Part shown: positions 1-15,350 of the stretch, piece by piece
How the letters are laid out: every line of letters starts with the position of its first letter
Numbering within the stretch: the stretch's first letter is position 1
NCBI GenBank assembly: GCA_036172245.1
Contig: JAYWIR010000001.1
Span: 3,472,001-3,536,000, forward strand
Length of the DNA stretch: 64,000 nucleotides
Reading direction: 5' to 3'
Source: Raillietiella orientalis
Lineage: Eukaryota
Notes under the pieces: model-generated
Told to the model about the DNA's origin: nothing
The model's input: only the letters and a program-made list of their open reading frames with translations
Database searches by the model: none
Translations under genes and position numbers: made by a program

Positions 1-2579
<2,579 letters not shown>

Positions 2580-2598
2580 TAGCCAGGAAGCCAACGTA

Positions 2599-2655
2599 CA
2601 ATACTATGTATTGATACATTCATTTCTATGAAATATAAAGTAGGCCTATGGCACT
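2599..2655 (+). promoter_or_regulatory. Three tandem 3'UTR stem-loops with C(UAU)G triloops (CDE-like Roquin/Regnase elements)
   Basis: CAATAC-TAT-GTATTG (2599-2613), ATTTC-TAT-GAAAT (2622-2634, contains the CDE consensus UUCYRYGAA) and GCC-TAT-GGC (2644-2652, extendable by AGT/ACT). They start 20 nt after the ZC3H12 stop. Confidence 0.65.
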
Positions 2656-2661
2656 TATCAA

Positions 2662-4749
2662 TCATTGATCTGTGCTTGTTTTTTTGGACTGTAGGGAAGC
2701 TAAATTATCAGAAGAAAAGTGCTGCCATTCTACTTGAGTTGGTAATAATCCAATAGGTACTTCCTCCCACCTAACTTGAGCTATACTTAATACTATTACT
2801 TCCCATCCATATAGTACATGATGTTCACCTTTGCTCTTTTCCCATGGACCAGAAGTAACACTTGAAACCTGATCACCTATAATGTCCTCCAGTGAATATA
2901 CTCGCGAATCCACAGTCCCTGTAGCATCCACATTCACTTGGTCCAGTGGAGTACAAAAAACCGCCACTGTACTCTTAAGTAACTGCAGCTTTTTAGGAGA
3001 AAGTGATGGTTGCATAGCATCCAAGAACCTAATAAGAGAAAAGGTTGCAATGTATCAGCTGAAAAACAATACATTACTTCTTTAACAACTGAACCGTGAA
3101 ACTCGTTGGTTGTTGTACGATGCTGCACAGCAAAGGCTGACATTCGGGTCTCCAGGCAGAATATCTGTTCTGCTTCCATAAGCTGAGAATAGCTGAGATC
3201 CAGCTGCACTTAAGCCACAATAAAAACCTTCCTTTATCATCCTAAAAATTCTCACAAGTCTCACAATCTGAGTTAAGCAACTAGTTTACTGTAAGATTAG
3301 TTGCAAAGACTTCTAATAATTTCAACAAGCCTGTTTCTGGAAGCAATAACAAAACAGGATTCCAAACTTTTAATAATCTGGTAGGCAGAGACAAACAAGA
3401 CATATCTTCAAAAGACATACTGCTTCTAAAGGAAAACATCAGACTCACCGAAATTTTTGACAGAATGTTCCAAGTTCTGTCGTGAAGGCAACATGTGCTT
3501 ATGCATGTATGTGATCACAAGTTTTTCATCTGTTTGCAGATACACCTTTAGTTTCTCTAACTCCTCATTGGCTTTCTCTGGAGCCTCTTTTTTGAAAACA
3601 ATCCTTGTTCGTACATTTACAAAGTCATCAAGAAATTGCTCCACTGTTTTCTTTTTTCGATGTGATGCTTTCATTTTTTTGGCCTGATGTTTAGATAAAT
3701 CAGTAACATGAGATCTTAGCTGCTCCATATTTTGTAACTGCAACTCCCAGTAGTGCTTCTGGGATGCATTTAATTTTTTGCAACTTGTAATTCTTTTATA
3801 CCTTCAAATACTCCAGGGCCAACTTAGTTCCCTGACGCAACAATGTCAAACTTGGTAAAACAGCATGAGCAGCTTCATGTCGCAGTTCCACAATCCACGC
3901 AGGAATACTGAGTTTCTCAGCTACTTTGTGGACTGGAATCTGACACATGGCAACCTGACCCAAATCTGTGATGAAATTCACAAATCTGGAAAGCGATTGT
4001 TTCGAATCAAATATTACACAACCAAACATTTGGGCTTTGGTAACTTTGGTGCCTCAAACAAGCATTTCACACATAATCATAGTTAAAAAAACTTTTAAAA
4101 TACTATCAATACTTATGTTAAACTAATATGTTTCTTAAGGTTTTGGTGTTTCTTATGTGTAAGCATCTACATGCAATTTAACTTGGAGCACTAAAGATTA
4201 TGAAAGCTGAGGTATATATTCTAAAGTTTAAACTCACCTAATTATTGCCATGGCGTGATTAAACTGGATGCTTCTAATAAGAAATGGATCAATTCTTGAA
4301 AGATTAACAAAAACTTCATCATCGTGTATCAGTGCCTGAAGAAGATCTGTTGTTACTTCTATTCCAGCTGATATACGATATTCCCTTTGAATAGAATTCT
4401 ATAACGAATAATTATATGCTAACCAACCTTGCTTTCCACATCTGAACCTTAGCAATACCCCATAACTGGTCTTCAACACGTTCACTGTACAAACTCTCAT
4501 AGACCTGTTTCCATTCTTCTCTAAAAAAAAAGCAATTACTCAATTTAATAATCTAACTTTATGAGATCATTACGTTGAAGATGTCATACACGCACAGCCT
4601 TGCAATATGAAAACACGGAAACATTTCAAGAGATCTGTTCTACTACGCAATCGCAAAACATACTTTCAGAAAGCTTAATAAATTAATTACTTTCAAAGAC
4701 ATACGTACTCAGAAAACCAGGGAACGGCCCTTTTTTTTATTTCTGGCAT
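2662..4749 (-). CDS. LAS1L: Ribosome biogenesis endoribonuclease Las1/LAS1L (HEPN domain)
   Basis: Eight minus-strand exons: 4749-4709, 4520-4428, 4384-4238, 3985-3802, 3758-3449, 3405-3290, 3241-3078 and 3028-2662, all GT-AG and phase-compatible. The protein reads MPEIKKRAVPWFSEEEWKQVY...WKAR...AMAIIRFVN...IPAWIVELRHEAAHAVLPSL (HEPN RxxxxH)...YW...LPTRLLKVWNPVL...WEEVPIGLLP, as expected for Las1. Confidence 0.93.
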
Positions 4750-6885
4750 CGATGACACCAACTTTCGGTCTTAATGTTAAATTCCACAGACGCTACCAGC
4801 TTACCGTTGGAAATCTATCATATAATTAACATTTGAAATGATTTCAAGAAATGTTCATGATATTTATTCCTATAACAATATTAGGGCCATACACAAAGGT
4901 ATCATATGCATTATTAGGAAAACACATGCTGTCCATTAGATTCCGGCATGCAAATTACTTGGAGAACCAGGCTTTCCATTTTTGCCTGGTTTCCCTAAAA
5001 TAAGACTTCAAATTGTAGAGCAAGCACTATTAAAAATATAATTTTAATGCTTTTTGGTAAAATTAGAGTAAAGTCATGCATTTAAAGTGATGAACTAACA
5101 AATTTTATCAATATAAAAAATGCAAGCTAAATTTATAATGCCATGAACTTTATGTGGTTGACTAAGCACAAAACTACAAGAAAATTAAATATCTTGTAAT
5201 TCGAAGTTTCTCAGATAATAAACTCAAAATTCTGACATGGAAATGAGAAAAAAAAGACGATGAAATTCTTATGAAAATCATTGTACGAAATTTAATAATT
5301 ATTTAGGAAACAGCGTTCTTAATATAAATCAAAGAGTTAATTTTAAACAAATGATTTCTCAACTCAAGATTTGTTCATTACTTTGACTGTAGCATCTTTA
5401 CTATTTTAGAGTATCCTTAAAAAATAAGATAGTAAATGCTATCTAAACATCAGTATAACCACTGATTTCTGGCACGTCTTACTGCTATCCATTGCAAAGC
5501 TGCTTACTTTCCATTATTTATGCACCCACTTACATTTCTGAGTCGAAACTGGAGAAAACTAAAGATATATGTTAGCTGCTTTCTGGATCAGCTTGCTCAT
5601 CGAAAAGTTGTGCATTTTATGAAAAGAATTTAAGCAGTGAACGATTACATAAACATAAATTAATCATAGTTTCCAATCATTCTTATTCATACACAAAGGC
5701 ATTGGCATCTAAATCGTTATTATTTTTCTCCCTTTAATTATTTCGAGTTTCATATTAACGAAAACTAATTTGAAAATTCAGGTTTACTTCATTCAATGTC
5801 TCAATTCAAATTCAATTTACTTCAACTGACAGTACTTAATTCGATTGACGATTTATTTTTTTCTGGTTTTGATGAATGCAAAAAAACACAAAGATTAGTT
5901 TTGCAGCTTTATCAGTTTGTGTTACAAGATGAACCTCAGATGATAAAATCATATAAGTTCTGCATCATTGGCAATTATGTTTTCTTAAGATATAAATGCA
6001 AGCACAGAAGCTTCCTTTTTAATTATATTTCACTATTTTACTATTTTCGTGCGTTTGGTTTTACATAATCAAAATTTGAAAATAAATGTTTGTTTTGTTT
6101 TCTTAACTCTTATATTTACTTGCTCACTGTATTTATTATTAATGTCTACCTGCCCTATAAAATAATCAAGGTGTCCGCTAAAGTTTCAGGATTTGTGGCG
6201 TGTCCCGTCACAGGAAGAGTTTGGATGACGCTGCCTTGGATACTTTATTCAATGACACTGTTTGATTCACCGATGGGAGGAAGCCATGTCCGGAGTCATT
6301 TAATTATTATAATGGTTACTCATACATTGGTGCATTGAGCCGAAATAGCAGAAAAGTATGTAATGAAAATGTAATCAATTTAAGCCATGGGAAGTTCAGA
6401 ACATAATTAAATTTTCTAGTCATTTATTTTTTATGTTATTCACAAAGATGGGAGGTGATACAAGAGAAGAATAAATGAACACTTTGAAGCTGCTACGCTT
6501 CTCACAGCAGTCTATTCCCTTATGTGTATTTATCTATTTAAACCGCACATGTATAAGCAATGCAGTTTCTAATAAACATTTCATCAAAGCTCAATTCATT
6601 TAAATGCCAATCGAAAGTTCTAAGGAAATTCTACCAAGCTCGTAGAAAAACGGTAAGTTTGAGACAAGAAGGATTTCTAATTTTCTGGTGGATTTGGCGG
6701 TTGAAATGAGGATTACCTGCTGCAAGGTTTCAACCTGCCCCTTATTCCCTTGTTTCCTATATTCAGATTTACTTCCTCACCGTTCCAATCGCTTCATCAG
6801 TCATTCTCATTCTCTCTCTGCATTCTTCATTTATTTATTGAGTTATCGTTGCTTTGCCTCTGACACCTACCGTGATCCCCTGTAG

Positions 6886-6957
6886 AATATTCGGTGTGCT
6901 TCCGTGGTCAGGATTCGGTGTGGTTCCGAGGTCGGTGTGCTTCCGTGGTCCAATATT
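6886..6957 (+). repeat. Short tandem repeat, 3 copies of ~TCGGTGTGCTTCCGTGGTC, bracketed by AATATT on both sides
   Basis: Read directly: aatat-tcggtgtgcttccgtggtc-aggat-tcggtgtggttccgaggtc-ggtgtgcttccgtggtc-caatatt. Confidence 0.85.
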
Positions 6958-7709
6958 TGCACCCTTCGTCTATTCTTCCTGACAGTTAAGACCACAACTC
7001 ATTTTATTGTGAGCGTGAACTCTGAATTATCTTTTATGCTTATGGTTAGAGATTTGAATAGTTAATGCATACGTTTGATAGCAACTGCAATGCACGTTGG
7101 AAACAACTTCCCAAAATCGGTTTTTTAATGGGATGTTTTGAATCCCCAGATTATCAAGGATTGCAAATTAACTGATTTCTGAAAAAGTCCTATAAAATGG
7201 AGATGGTGCTTAATTCCACTTAAACACTCAAGAGTTGGACTCTTTACACAAGTAGCGAATACAAACGAGTACATATCTATGATGCTTACTCGGTTATTTT
7301 CTAGATGTTTTTGTATTTGATGAAAGTTAATCAATATCGTATTCATTTTGAGATGGAAGAATTGAAAGTTTTCCCCAAAATTTCTTTGAAAAAATTATGA
7401 ATCAGAAAAGAGGAATGATATATCATTCCTAGAGAACCAAACAAATTGGAACATCAGACACGAAGAATGCAATATCTTATAAACTTGATTTTCGTTTTTG
7501 AAAGCTAGGATTATGATGTCACTAATACTGAATTGCATTAGGATGTAGGCAATGTATTTAATCTTTTGCATAACTAATGGATTGAATTCAAAAGTAACCA
7601 AACAAAATAACTGTTTTTAAAATATGCATACCAAGGACAATGAAAACAAACAAACAAAAAGTACCCGTAGCATGAGTCCGCGTAGCTGCTCCTTAGACTA
7701 CTTCCGCAG

Positions 7710-8346
7710 GATGAACTTTGTTACCATAACAACCGATGGAAGCCCATGTTTTTCCTGTACATCAAATTGGTAAGTTTGCCACTCGTAATTTTAATATTCG
7801 CGTAATTTCGATTTTTCAATCGTTGATCTTATTGAAGCTAGGGTACAGGATGAAATTAGGGTGTTTGTTGGTTTATTACAATTGCGAAATTCGTAACTTG
7901 TAGTATGATGCCGATAAAAAAAAAAAAATTGCCATGCACATTTTCAGCAAAACTGAATTCTTATTCCCGAGTCCTTGTAAATAGCAAATCAGGTTAGTAG
8001 CTGATATTCCATATTGGGTTCGGAACTACGATGATCCAGTTTACATGTGTGGTCATGATGCATAAGAGGATGCATGAAAGACCAAAGGGCACGTTAAATG
8101 CATTGCCACAATCATATCTTGTAATTCAGTTTTTCCAGCATGGAAATATACATTCGCAATGCACGAAACGCTCCTAGAAAACATACTACGAATTACTCGC
8201 CGGCAGGAAGAGATGTTTATATCGATGCTTATTGCAATGTTCACAATATTGCACCGAATATTAATATTGGGCAGTATGAACATGAGCTTTCACATGCTTT
8301 CATGTGGAAGGTTATTTCTCCCACGAGCATTAGATCAATTCAGTAA
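7710..8346 (+). pseudogene. Possible decayed DNA/RNA non-specific endonuclease (NUC, beta-beta-alpha-Me) gene
   Basis: Exon 7710-7769 (cag|...|gtaagt) splices in phase to 7993 giving ...CFSCTSNW|LVADIPYWV...VYMCGHDA*. With frameshifts it continues TLNALPQ and MEIYIRN...GRDVYI...FMWKVI, echoing the NUC motif order PxWV / RGH / NxxPQ / ExxxR / vyv / fWKvi. It carries in-frame stops (8063, 8075) and at least 2 frameshifts. Exon-like remnants also occur at ~5900-6650. Confidence 0.35.
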
Positions 8347-10449
8347 TTAATGAGTGCGCAAGTGAAAAGAAGCAATAACTGGATGCTGGAAGCAAAATGT
8401 TGAACTTTGGGGACTGCAAGTTCAGAAAACCAATCGAAAACGAACTGCAGAACAGTCTTTTCTCTCTCTCTCTCTTTTTTTTTTGCAGCAAGAAAATCAC
8501 AGTACTTAACTAAGAGTAAGCACATTACGTTTTGTACACACACAAAACCAAAAAAAAAATCAAGAAATAAATAATTTGAACTCGCTTCGAAAAGCTTCTA
8601 CGCCGTTCCCCTTAGAACTGAACGCAGGCTGCTCTATCATCTCGGTTTACTTTTCCCTGCAAGAGCCAATGTTTGGTTCTGCTGTGGTCAAAACCGCTCA
8701 ACCTCTTTTCCGGCCCTCGACTACCACACGAATGGCGCTGCTCAAGATTGAAATTCTTCACGTGAGGCGCGGTCACTTTAACTGAAAGCACGGCTGAATA
8801 TTTTTCCTTTGCAAGCAGGGTTTTCATAAGACAAAGGTATGTGAGTTTCGGAATAGGTGTACAGTGTTGCACAACACATTTGGTTATTCTTCAAGGTGTC
8901 GAGAGCGAGTGGACGAAAGGATAATAGAAGTAATAAGATGACTTTGGAAAGTTCACTTTTCTAAAAGGTCTTTCTTTTTGCACTTGAGGACTGTAATGGA
9001 AAAGGCGTTTTGGTGATTGCATGTGTATTTTGTAAGCGATATACACGATTCTACTTGATCAAAACCTGTTCTAAAAGAACCTTCTATTGAAGGAACATAT
9101 TCTATTGGAGGATATTCTTAAAGAATAGGTTTCAATCAATTGGAATCATGCGTATTACTTACACAATACTTGAGATTGGAATTTTTGGTGGAGTTTTTGA
9201 ATCCTAAGAAAATTCGTGCCATTTTTAAACATGGGTTACGGTCGGGAGCAGTCAGGTGATGCTTCTCTTTTCGTTATTTCGTCTTGCTTTGAACGACGTC
9301 GTTATGCAAGACGTTATTACAAACACTGAACTTTTCAAAGGGTGAAGTACAGTTTGGACAAGTTCTGCATCGAAACTCTGTAAAGTTTACATTCCATTCA
9401 AGTTTGTTTAGTTTTTGCAGCTATTTTTCCACGTTTGTCACCATGAAAATCGGACACTTTTGTTTCCTAGAAAATGGAACTTTGACTGGAGGCAATCCCA
9501 GTGTAATTTGGTTTCAGGGTGAATTTTTTTTTTTTTTTTTTTTAGTGTGAAAAGGAAATCTGTATTTTCTGTTCCTGGAGATAAAGATACGACACATTTC
9601 ATTTCTGCTCTTTCTGCGTCTAGTTGTAGCATGATAGGGGATTCGTTTCTTCCTTTCCCCTATATGCGTACACCGAACGCTCTAGTACATCCCTCGGCTG
9701 AAAAGAATATTGAGGTGACGCTTCTGTGAACTAGATCTAGATCACACGTCGCTGTGCCCTGCAATAATAATTCATATTCGATGAAAGTAAATATATTCGT
9801 AGCTGACATGCTCTCCAGGTTTCTGGAATCGTAGAATCACTGAGGATGTACAAGTGACCAAAAGCGCCACCATCAACAGTCTTCAGAATAAGAAAAAGAA
9901 TCGAAATGTGAACAGAATACATTGGCTTCAACCTTTATTCTTTTGGTAGAGAAGATGCTGAAATGCTATCGAAAGAGATTTGGACGAACCGAAGAAACTG
10001 CACGAGGTTACTCTTGAAAAACGCTGAATGAAATGTTGAACTATTGTCAGTTGTACGTTGACAGAGCGAAACTGTTTTGAGACGTGACTGTGATAGTAGT
10101 ATTTGGGTTATGACAACAAGATTGCAATACGTCTTTAGAAAAGGCAGTGTTGCTCCAGCATTTTAGATCCACAGAGAAAACATTGCCTTGACATCCGGCT
10201 TCACTTTTGGCGTTCAGAGCGAATGGATGAGCTTTTAGGTAAAAAAGGAGACAAAACACAGACAAGATTGAGCAATTTTGGGCTTTTCACGATGCAAAGT
10301 CAAAAAAAAAAAAAAAGGATTTCTTTTCCGACATGAAATAAAATGCCACTGCTGTTTTATCTCAAGTGGACGAGACAGCAATCGCACGTCCCCGCAATTA
10401 AAACCGTTGATTATGAGCGCGCTAAGCGGTGGTACGAGTTGTCTCCCAT

Positions 10450-11560
10450 TTGCAGCAATTGCGATGAACGACTGGGGGGTTCTGAGGTAAAGCCGACGTA
10501 TCCACACTAACAGACACGAAGGAAACACTGAGGTAAGGCAGCCATCGAGGGCAATAAGCAGAGAACTTTGTGATGTGTTCCCGCAGTTGTAACCTCGTGT
10601 TGATATCGTATTCAGCCAATAAATGGAAGTTGAGGACCCAAAGCGGAAACATCAAACTACACAATGCGCGTGGCTGAAGTTCATTCTTAGGGATCTTGGA
10701 GAGGAGCTTGAGGAGGAAGAGAGCCATCCTTATCTTCGGTGGAATCCAAGAATCCTTAGGAGCTTGCAAAGGTCTCCGTGCTAATGTTCCGAGATTACTG
10801 GATAGCTTACTGCTTGAGATGCGGCATGTACCTATATGCTCTGCTCTTCTGAGTCTTCTGGCTTGTTTTGTCCTTCACAGTACTATTTAAATGCATTTCA
10901 TGTTCAGTGGTTGTCCTACGTGCGTGAGATTCTCCTTATTCCTCGTGCTAGCAATTCTGTTCCTACCTCCAATAAACTCACACACGTGGAAGTAAGGTCT
11001 TGAATCCATCTGCGTCTGGAAGGGTGTTTCACCAGGATGGATTAGCACGGATCATGTTTCTTTTTCAGCAACTGAAGCTGATGTGATTCTCATGCTGCTT
11101 AAGTGTGTCTCTGAGTAATGCTCTAATTATTCCCGTTCATTTCCATCATGCAAAAGACTGGGATGCATGACAGAAAATCAAGTGATGCAAAGAAGTCGGA
11201 AACTGAAAGTTTCAAAGAGTTTCGACAGATACAAGTTGTTCACCCTAAAATCGCGTAAGTCATCTTCGTTCACCTATGGTTATTTGGTTTGGATGAACGA
11301 CAGCTCTTGTGGTCTCTTCTGGAATCTCTTGAAATGGTTTGGAATGAAGGCTTTTGTTTTCATCGGAGTCACACTGTGCTGACAAATGGAGAAGTGCAAA
11401 CTTCTGGGGTCGATTCCAGCAAAAGTCGAGCACTTTGAGCTTGTAAAAGAGTTTAGCACCAGACGCTTCGAGTCGTAGAAATACATGTACTTAATGGAAA
11501 CCGGAGCGGCTCTTCTCGAAAGCCGAGGATCAAGCAGCTGGATGTCAACGAAGTTCAGCA
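10450..11560 (-). mobile_element. Degenerate Ty3/gypsy pol relic (RT-RNase H)
   Basis: Minus-strand fragments in the expected order: FAGIDPRS...KTKAFIP..FKRFQKRP (like FSxLDLxS..KTAF..Y...PFG), VNEDDL (like YxDD) near 11260, and LWVLNFHLLAEYDIN (like RW..L.EYD). Multiple stops and frameshifts. Confidence 0.5.
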
Positions 11561-14499
11561 AAAATGTTCAGCTAACCGATGAGATCACTTGAGGGCTTCG
11601 TACTTGTAGGAGACTTCGAAGAACTCAACTTAGGTAGCTTCAGGAATGCTTCTTTGCACGGGAGAATCCCCTCGACCCTAGCTCTTCGACAAGTTTCCTC
11701 CGTAGCCTTTGTACAAAGGTGCTTGGAGTCACCTTTGGCGCAGCGGAATTCACAAGCATCTTTCCAGTTTTTCCAAAACTTTCCTCCCCCTTTTTCTGAT
11801 GCTCTTCGACATCTCGCGTTTGACGTACCTCGTTGGAATTCAGTAAAAAGTGCAGTATCGATCCCGAAATTTAATTCTGGATGTCGTCATCTGAAGGGTT
11901 TCTCGAAGAGTAATAAATTAAAAATGAAGGCAAAAATGAAAAAGTGAAAGAAAGGAAGAAGAAAAGAATTGACAAGGAAACCACCCTCTGCCTTCTGAAG
12001 AGAAATTCAAAATTAAGGTGCCAATTCCCAGTCGGAGGAAGATGAGAGGGGCAATGAGGTTATTGTGGTCAAGGACAAATAATTTCTGGGTGCGCCGCTT
12101 GTTTGTTCACCAAGGCCAACTCTTTGCGCGTTGAAGACGACAAAACTTGGATTTTGGTTGCTCGGTTTGCGACCGTGGCCGCTCGCCTGGAGGCCCGCGT
12201 TCCATTTGCTGCACAATCTGATTCATCGCACTGCTTTCTCCTTGTTGTTGTTTCAGACTCCGCAACTGAGACCTTCCTTTTCCCTATGCATTTTTGTTTC
12301 CCCAAAATAAAATGAATTAGCACCGGATATGCGTGCGACGGCAAACGAAGCGACACGGAGGTCAACTCAAGAAGTCATTCGATATGCCCCAGCAAATTTT
12401 TCTAATTTGGCTGGGCATCCGAGGCCGACACGTTCCCCATAGAGAAGACATTCTCGGTTTCGAGTGTAGGGGACCCACTCTTTCTAGAGTGAGTGGTAGT
12501 GCCGTTGTTCAGGAAAGGATCACCGTGCAGCGCTCAGATGAGCTTTGCCTTCCTACGCATGCTTGCTATTCAGTAGGGACACATCCTTAGAATGGGTCAG
12601 ATGGGACCAAAGAGTTGCTTCTTCTTTGGGAGAAGAAGAATAAATGAGCGAGTATATGGAACCAAGGAATTTTTACTATTTTCACTTCCATCTCCTGCCC
12701 ATTGTTCTGTGCGCATGGTTACGGAATGGCTTCCACAGGACCTTCGTCCAAATCCTAGTCGGTTGGTCCTGGCTCTTCTTGGACGCCAATGTTCGGGGTG
12801 TTTTCTTCATAGGGAGAATGTTTCAATCTGTGATTCTAAAAGAGTTCGTGGTCGTGTTGGATACTAGAAGCAACCATAAGGCACCGTGCGTTTTTTCTAG
12901 CCCTCTCACCACATCCTCGTTTTGTGGATCACAAGAGCTCAATAGGGAATCAGCCATTCGGATGGTTACCTGAAATCCTTTGTCGACGGGTCTTTTGCAT
13001 TTGGTGTCTTTTTTCTTTAGCGAGCACTTCCAAACTTGTCAGTAATGCTCAAGAAGAAACAGGCAACGTCCACGGTGATCATTCTTTTCCCTTTGCGCGG
13101 TAACAGATGCGGACGGAGATAAAAGTCCCATTCCAGGGAACCCGTGAAAGTAGGGCGCGCATTTACGTGACGTGGGGAAATGACGCACAGCCTCCCCATG
13201 CGAGCCGACGCACGACATGGCTTTTCCCTGTCCCCTGGGATTTTCTGTCAGGAGTCGTCACGCCTGTGATTACACTGAAGATTACGGACACTTGACGAGA
13301 ACTGTCCTCACGGTTGCGTCGAATGTCGAATTGCATCCTGTTGTCAACTACAGTCTATGACTCCCCACACGTAAACTTCCATTTTGCTTCCACGTGTGAT
13401 GACGTCTCGCCGCTCCGATGCTCATAAAGCAGATTAGGTTCCATAGGACCATGGGCATGAAGGAACCTGCCTATGTACCTACCCAGCAGGGAATCTGCTC
13501 TGAGAATAGGAGTCTCAGGCCAGCCGAAAGTGTTCTCGAATGCACTAATAACGGCTTATGCAGGCATCTAGGATTAAGATTCTAATGAGGAGATTCCTAG
13601 TTTCTTGGGATTGATTGGGCAAACAGTGTGTCACTTTGGTTGGATGCGGCTGTCGGTGATAAGTGGGTTTCAGGGTAAAGAGTTCTCTTCTAATCAAGTG
13701 CGGATGGGAAAAAGGTGGATGCAAAGAAGGGCATTAGGATGAATGATAGGAGGCCTGCCGGGCACCTAGATAAGCGAGCGCCCAATGACCAGTGGATCTT
13801 GAATGAGAAGTGGGCTCTGGATGTGCTTGGCTACTGACCTCGTCTGCGTGGTGCGTTCGGGACGCTGGTCAGTGCTCCTCCATTCAGATGTAGCAAACTG
13901 CCCTAATTGTTTTCCGTTTCCGGAGCATGCTCAAGCGGGCACTCAGATGTTTAAAAGTGGATGTATGAAAAGTGCAAAGAGCACTTCGAGCGCATAGAAG
14001 TTTCCGTGAGGTGGGTTGGCGAAATTTGCATCCGGAAGACTGGGGTCGATACGTGATGCGTACAGTGCTTGCGTACAATTTCTTCCTTTGTTTTTATGTC
14101 TTCATCGATGGAACCATGAAAATGTGCAAACCAATTGGACTAAACGAAGGCCATTTTTGCGGAAATCAGACAGAGGTGGAATTAGGCACCGCTTTTTATA
14201 TCACTTCTGCTGGCGCTTTCCAACACTCCATCTCTGTGAACTTGGGTGCATGAAAAGAAGAAGAAAAGAGGTGCGGGTGCTGATAAGAGGAGAAAGGAGG
14301 TGGTGGATGGAACTGGGCACGGGCTACCATCCTGTTACGGATGGTAGCCTTCTGTTACGGATGTTGAGTCTGGATGCTCGGATTCGCTGCATCACTGACA
14401 GCAGTGTTTCTGTATCGGGATTTCCGGCTGGCACATTGAGCGCTCATGGCGAAACGGGAAAGATCAGTGCGCAGGAGTGCTGAATCGGGACTGCCAATC

Positions 14500-15350
14500 G
14501 AGAAGCTGCGGACAGATTTCTCCCATATTGAACAAACTTTAAGGAATCTCTAGTACCGAAGCGAAAGCAAGATTTAGAGGTGGCTAGGGAATGCTACCGT
14601 ATCACTGTCGGACATCAGGTGATTGGAGAGGATCAGGAAAATTCGGTACTCGACAATTCGACAGGAGCTTTCAGCTGCATGGCAACTGACTCTGAAACTT
14701 CTCGAAAAGGTCTCCCCTGCTTCTTTCGTGAGCCACATTGGGTTGGAAGAATCTGAGTAGGACTGCAGAGAATCCAGCTTCAAGCTGGATAAATTGCTTA
14801 AGTCTTCCGAAAGGCGTAAGTGGATCCAGGACGAGATTTTACAAAGGGTTGAAGGTGACTTTTCTGTGTACGCGCAGTCAGTGGCTAGGTCAGATCAGTG
14901 GACGCGCAAAATGCTGTTCCTTCACGGTGTTTCATTGCGTCAGGACTTTGCCTCCAGAAGTTAAGGATATTCAAGTTCTTGTTCACTTGTCAATATGACA
15001 GAGAGGAGAAGCATGAGGACAGAAAGCGTCTGCGAAACAAGTAATGACGAGATACCTGGTCCTGCAGCTCAAGAAGAAAGACGGATTCCTCGGTTTTTTG
15101 TGGAGAGCCCTATTCATCCACAGGAGAGCAACCCAATGGAATCGAGGTTCTTTGAGAACAAGTCCTTAAGATGCTCACTGACGATGTTCGGTTGCCGAGG
15201 CTATTTTCGGATCCTAGAACGTGAAATGAATGGACCACCATGGGTTGAGGAACTCAGGCTACCTCCAGAATTCCCATTGCCAACGTCCTATTGCGTCTAT
15301 TGCGCTCCTGCCACCCAGATCCGACCATCTCTCTCGACAATTGCTTCTCA
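14500..15350 (+). mobile_element. Degenerate Ty3/gypsy integrase and GPY/F-region relic
   Basis: WLGNATVSLSD..IRYSTIRQELSAAWQLTLKLLEK resembles the integrase core (SD...ST..Q..E..TLK). It is followed by SWINCL and FRILEREMNGPPWVEELRLPP. Interrupted by stops. Confidence 0.4.

Noticed and set aside
4964-4992. 8-bp inverted repeat (AACCAGGC/GCCTGGTT) upstream of LAS1L
   Set aside because: Single short hairpin with no supporting context; could arise by chance.
6182-6400. In-frame TGA at ~6263 as possible selenocysteine or readthrough
   Set aside because: No recognisable selenoprotein motif or SECIS element; pseudogene decay is the simpler explanation.
6886-6957. CRISPR-like array
   Set aside because: Units are nearly contiguous with no unique spacers, there are no cas genes, and the context is eukaryotic.
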